Notes under the pieces: model-generated
What the model saw: only the letters and a program-made list of their open reading frames with translations
What the model was told of the DNA's origin: nothing
The model's database searches: none
Assembly (NCBI RefSeq): GCF_021028975.2
Contig: NC_059432.1
Location: 46,562,001-46,626,000, forward strand
Length of the DNA: 64,000 bases
Direction: 5' to 3'
DNA from: Sphaerodactylus townsendi
Taxonomy: Eukaryota
Position numbers and translations under genes: made by a program
In this document: positions 62,289 to 64,000 of the stretch, one piece after another
How positions within the stretch are numbered: position 1 is the stretch's first letter
Layout: each line of letters opens with the position of its first letter

Positions 62289-64000
62289 CATGTTAGCACA
62301 TAGTTGCAAATATCAAGGTTTTTTTAGTTTTGTATATCATTGCATGATCTGTGTAAAGTCAACTGAATGTTAATTAAGGATTCCTTTCTTTTCAGCACAT
62401 CATCTTTTCTACCAAAGAACTATTTTGGATTATATAATCGGGAAGAAAATAGGAGAGTTGCTGTCATCTTTTTTATTGGTTTGAAGTAAGAAAAGCACAG
62501 TTGCTACCGCTACAGCTTTTTCTTGAGCATGTTTGCTGCATTTGTTACTTCATTTAAATTCATTGTTATTCTCCCAGGGGGAGGGGTGGGTAAAGACTAT
62601 TCTTTCAAAACATGGATAAGCAAGGGATGGAGCAGTGAGAGACCATAACTCCTTGAGGGGATGTAGAAAATCCTATTTGTGCCTGCCACAGTCATAAAAA
62701 TAAAGTGTTAAGTGAAATTATGGACAATATTATATCCTTTAATAATATCCCAATGCTCCACCTGAAATGAGCAGCTTTGCCCTGCCTATCAGTAGAACTA
62801 ACCTGGAGGAATTGGTAGGGCTGGGGGGAGAGGAAAGAGTTCAGGATTAGCAAAGCCTTCTAGTATTATCTCTCTTGCCAGACACTCCTCTCCTGTCTTT
62901 CATATTTGGCAGCTTAATGGGAATCTCATTAATGGACATTTATTTGCTGCCTGAGGAGGGGAGAATGAGCTTGAGGGTGTGGAAAGACAACACAGACAAC
63001 CACCTTGTGTGGAATACATTTTGGCCACAACCTGTTAATTGGTATGCTGGCTAAAGGAAGCAGAGGAGCAGCATAGGGGACAGATCCGGCACTGGGCAGC
63101 ATGTCTGCTGTTCCCTAGTGTCTACTGGGCAGCATGTCGGTGGTCCCCCAGTAATAACCTTCCCCCAGCCTGATAATGGGGGAAAAACCAACAACCAGAG
63201 CAGCAAGATAGTGGGAGCCATTTGGGCTCTGGCCTCTGGATGAACTCCCCTTGCTGCCAGGGGTTGCGAGCCACCCATAGCCCCCACCTGGGCATGTGGT
63301 ATACATGCTTGCTACCACCCCCAGGCATCTTATGGAGGCCCCTAACAAAAGGGATAATCCCCAAAACAGTGCTTCAGTAAGGAAGCCAAAGTATCCAAAC
63401 AGAAACAATCATAGTGTAAATGTTTTGAACCATACATTCTCTTGTTCTATGATTCCCCCCCCCCCCAATTGGCACGAAGACTTCCCACATTGTTTTTCAT
63501 TCAGTAAACTGATTGTCTATATTCGTCATTGAATATCAGATCTATGCTGAGGTTATTTTTCTGGTCTAGCTCTTAAAAATTTCATCAGAATAAAACTGAT
63601 AGCCAAGAATATAGAAAATTGCTCAACAGTTTATAGACTTACCAAAGCTTCTGTGTGCTTTCATATCCCTTCCTTCTTCTGGTGTGTTTTCAAATCCATT
63701 CCTTCTTCATCTGGAAGGAAACCAAAATGCACATTCAGTGGAATATTAATTAATTTGTTATGTGGTACTAGTTATATGATTTGCTATTCTAAGAAGCAGT
63801 GGAACAGTCCATGAGAGGTTGTAAGTCCTTTAGAATGCCTTAGTACATTTTTTTTGGATTGTTGTGACTGCTCAGAGGCATGAGGTCACTTAGTAGCCCT
63901 TAAAAGTCAGAGAGAATAGTAATGAAGGAATAGACTCAAATATCATGGGGTTCAGCTAACAAGATACTATTGCATGTGCTCAGCTGTCCAGAAATTGAAA

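Overview
Repeat-dense vertebrate genomic DNA, most likely from a squamate reptile and probably a gecko. This is inferred from MIR-derived Squam3-type SINEs, 5S-headed SINEs with a BovB/Sauria-type tail, squamate-type CR1/L2 3' ends, a SPIN MITE and Penelope 3' ends. I could not identify a protein-coding gene; nearly all ORF-track entries are chance frames or lie inside repeats. Directly supported by the sequence: three solo LTRs with perfect 4-bp TSDs, seven hAT-type elements with 8-bp TSDs (five clean, one with CpG-decayed TSDs, one with an eroded left TIR), a family of hairpin-rich Harbinger-like MITEs with 3-bp TSDs, a four-level nested insertion at 24.4-29.0 kb, CpG-island-like regions at 49.4, 50.9 and 57.8 kb, and an assembly gap. 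Most interesting: (i) an intact minimal type-I hammerhead ribozyme in a Penelope-like end (47835-47877, minus strand), with a decayed second copy; (ii) two diverged LTR-like elements that both keep a ~100-codon acidic-then-basic ORF with an HMGN-like KR(R/Q)Sxx(I) motif; (iii) a SPIN/URR1-type MITE from a family known for horizontal transfer; (iv) a strongly C-depleted CR1 fragment. Family names are recalled from memory, not from a database search.
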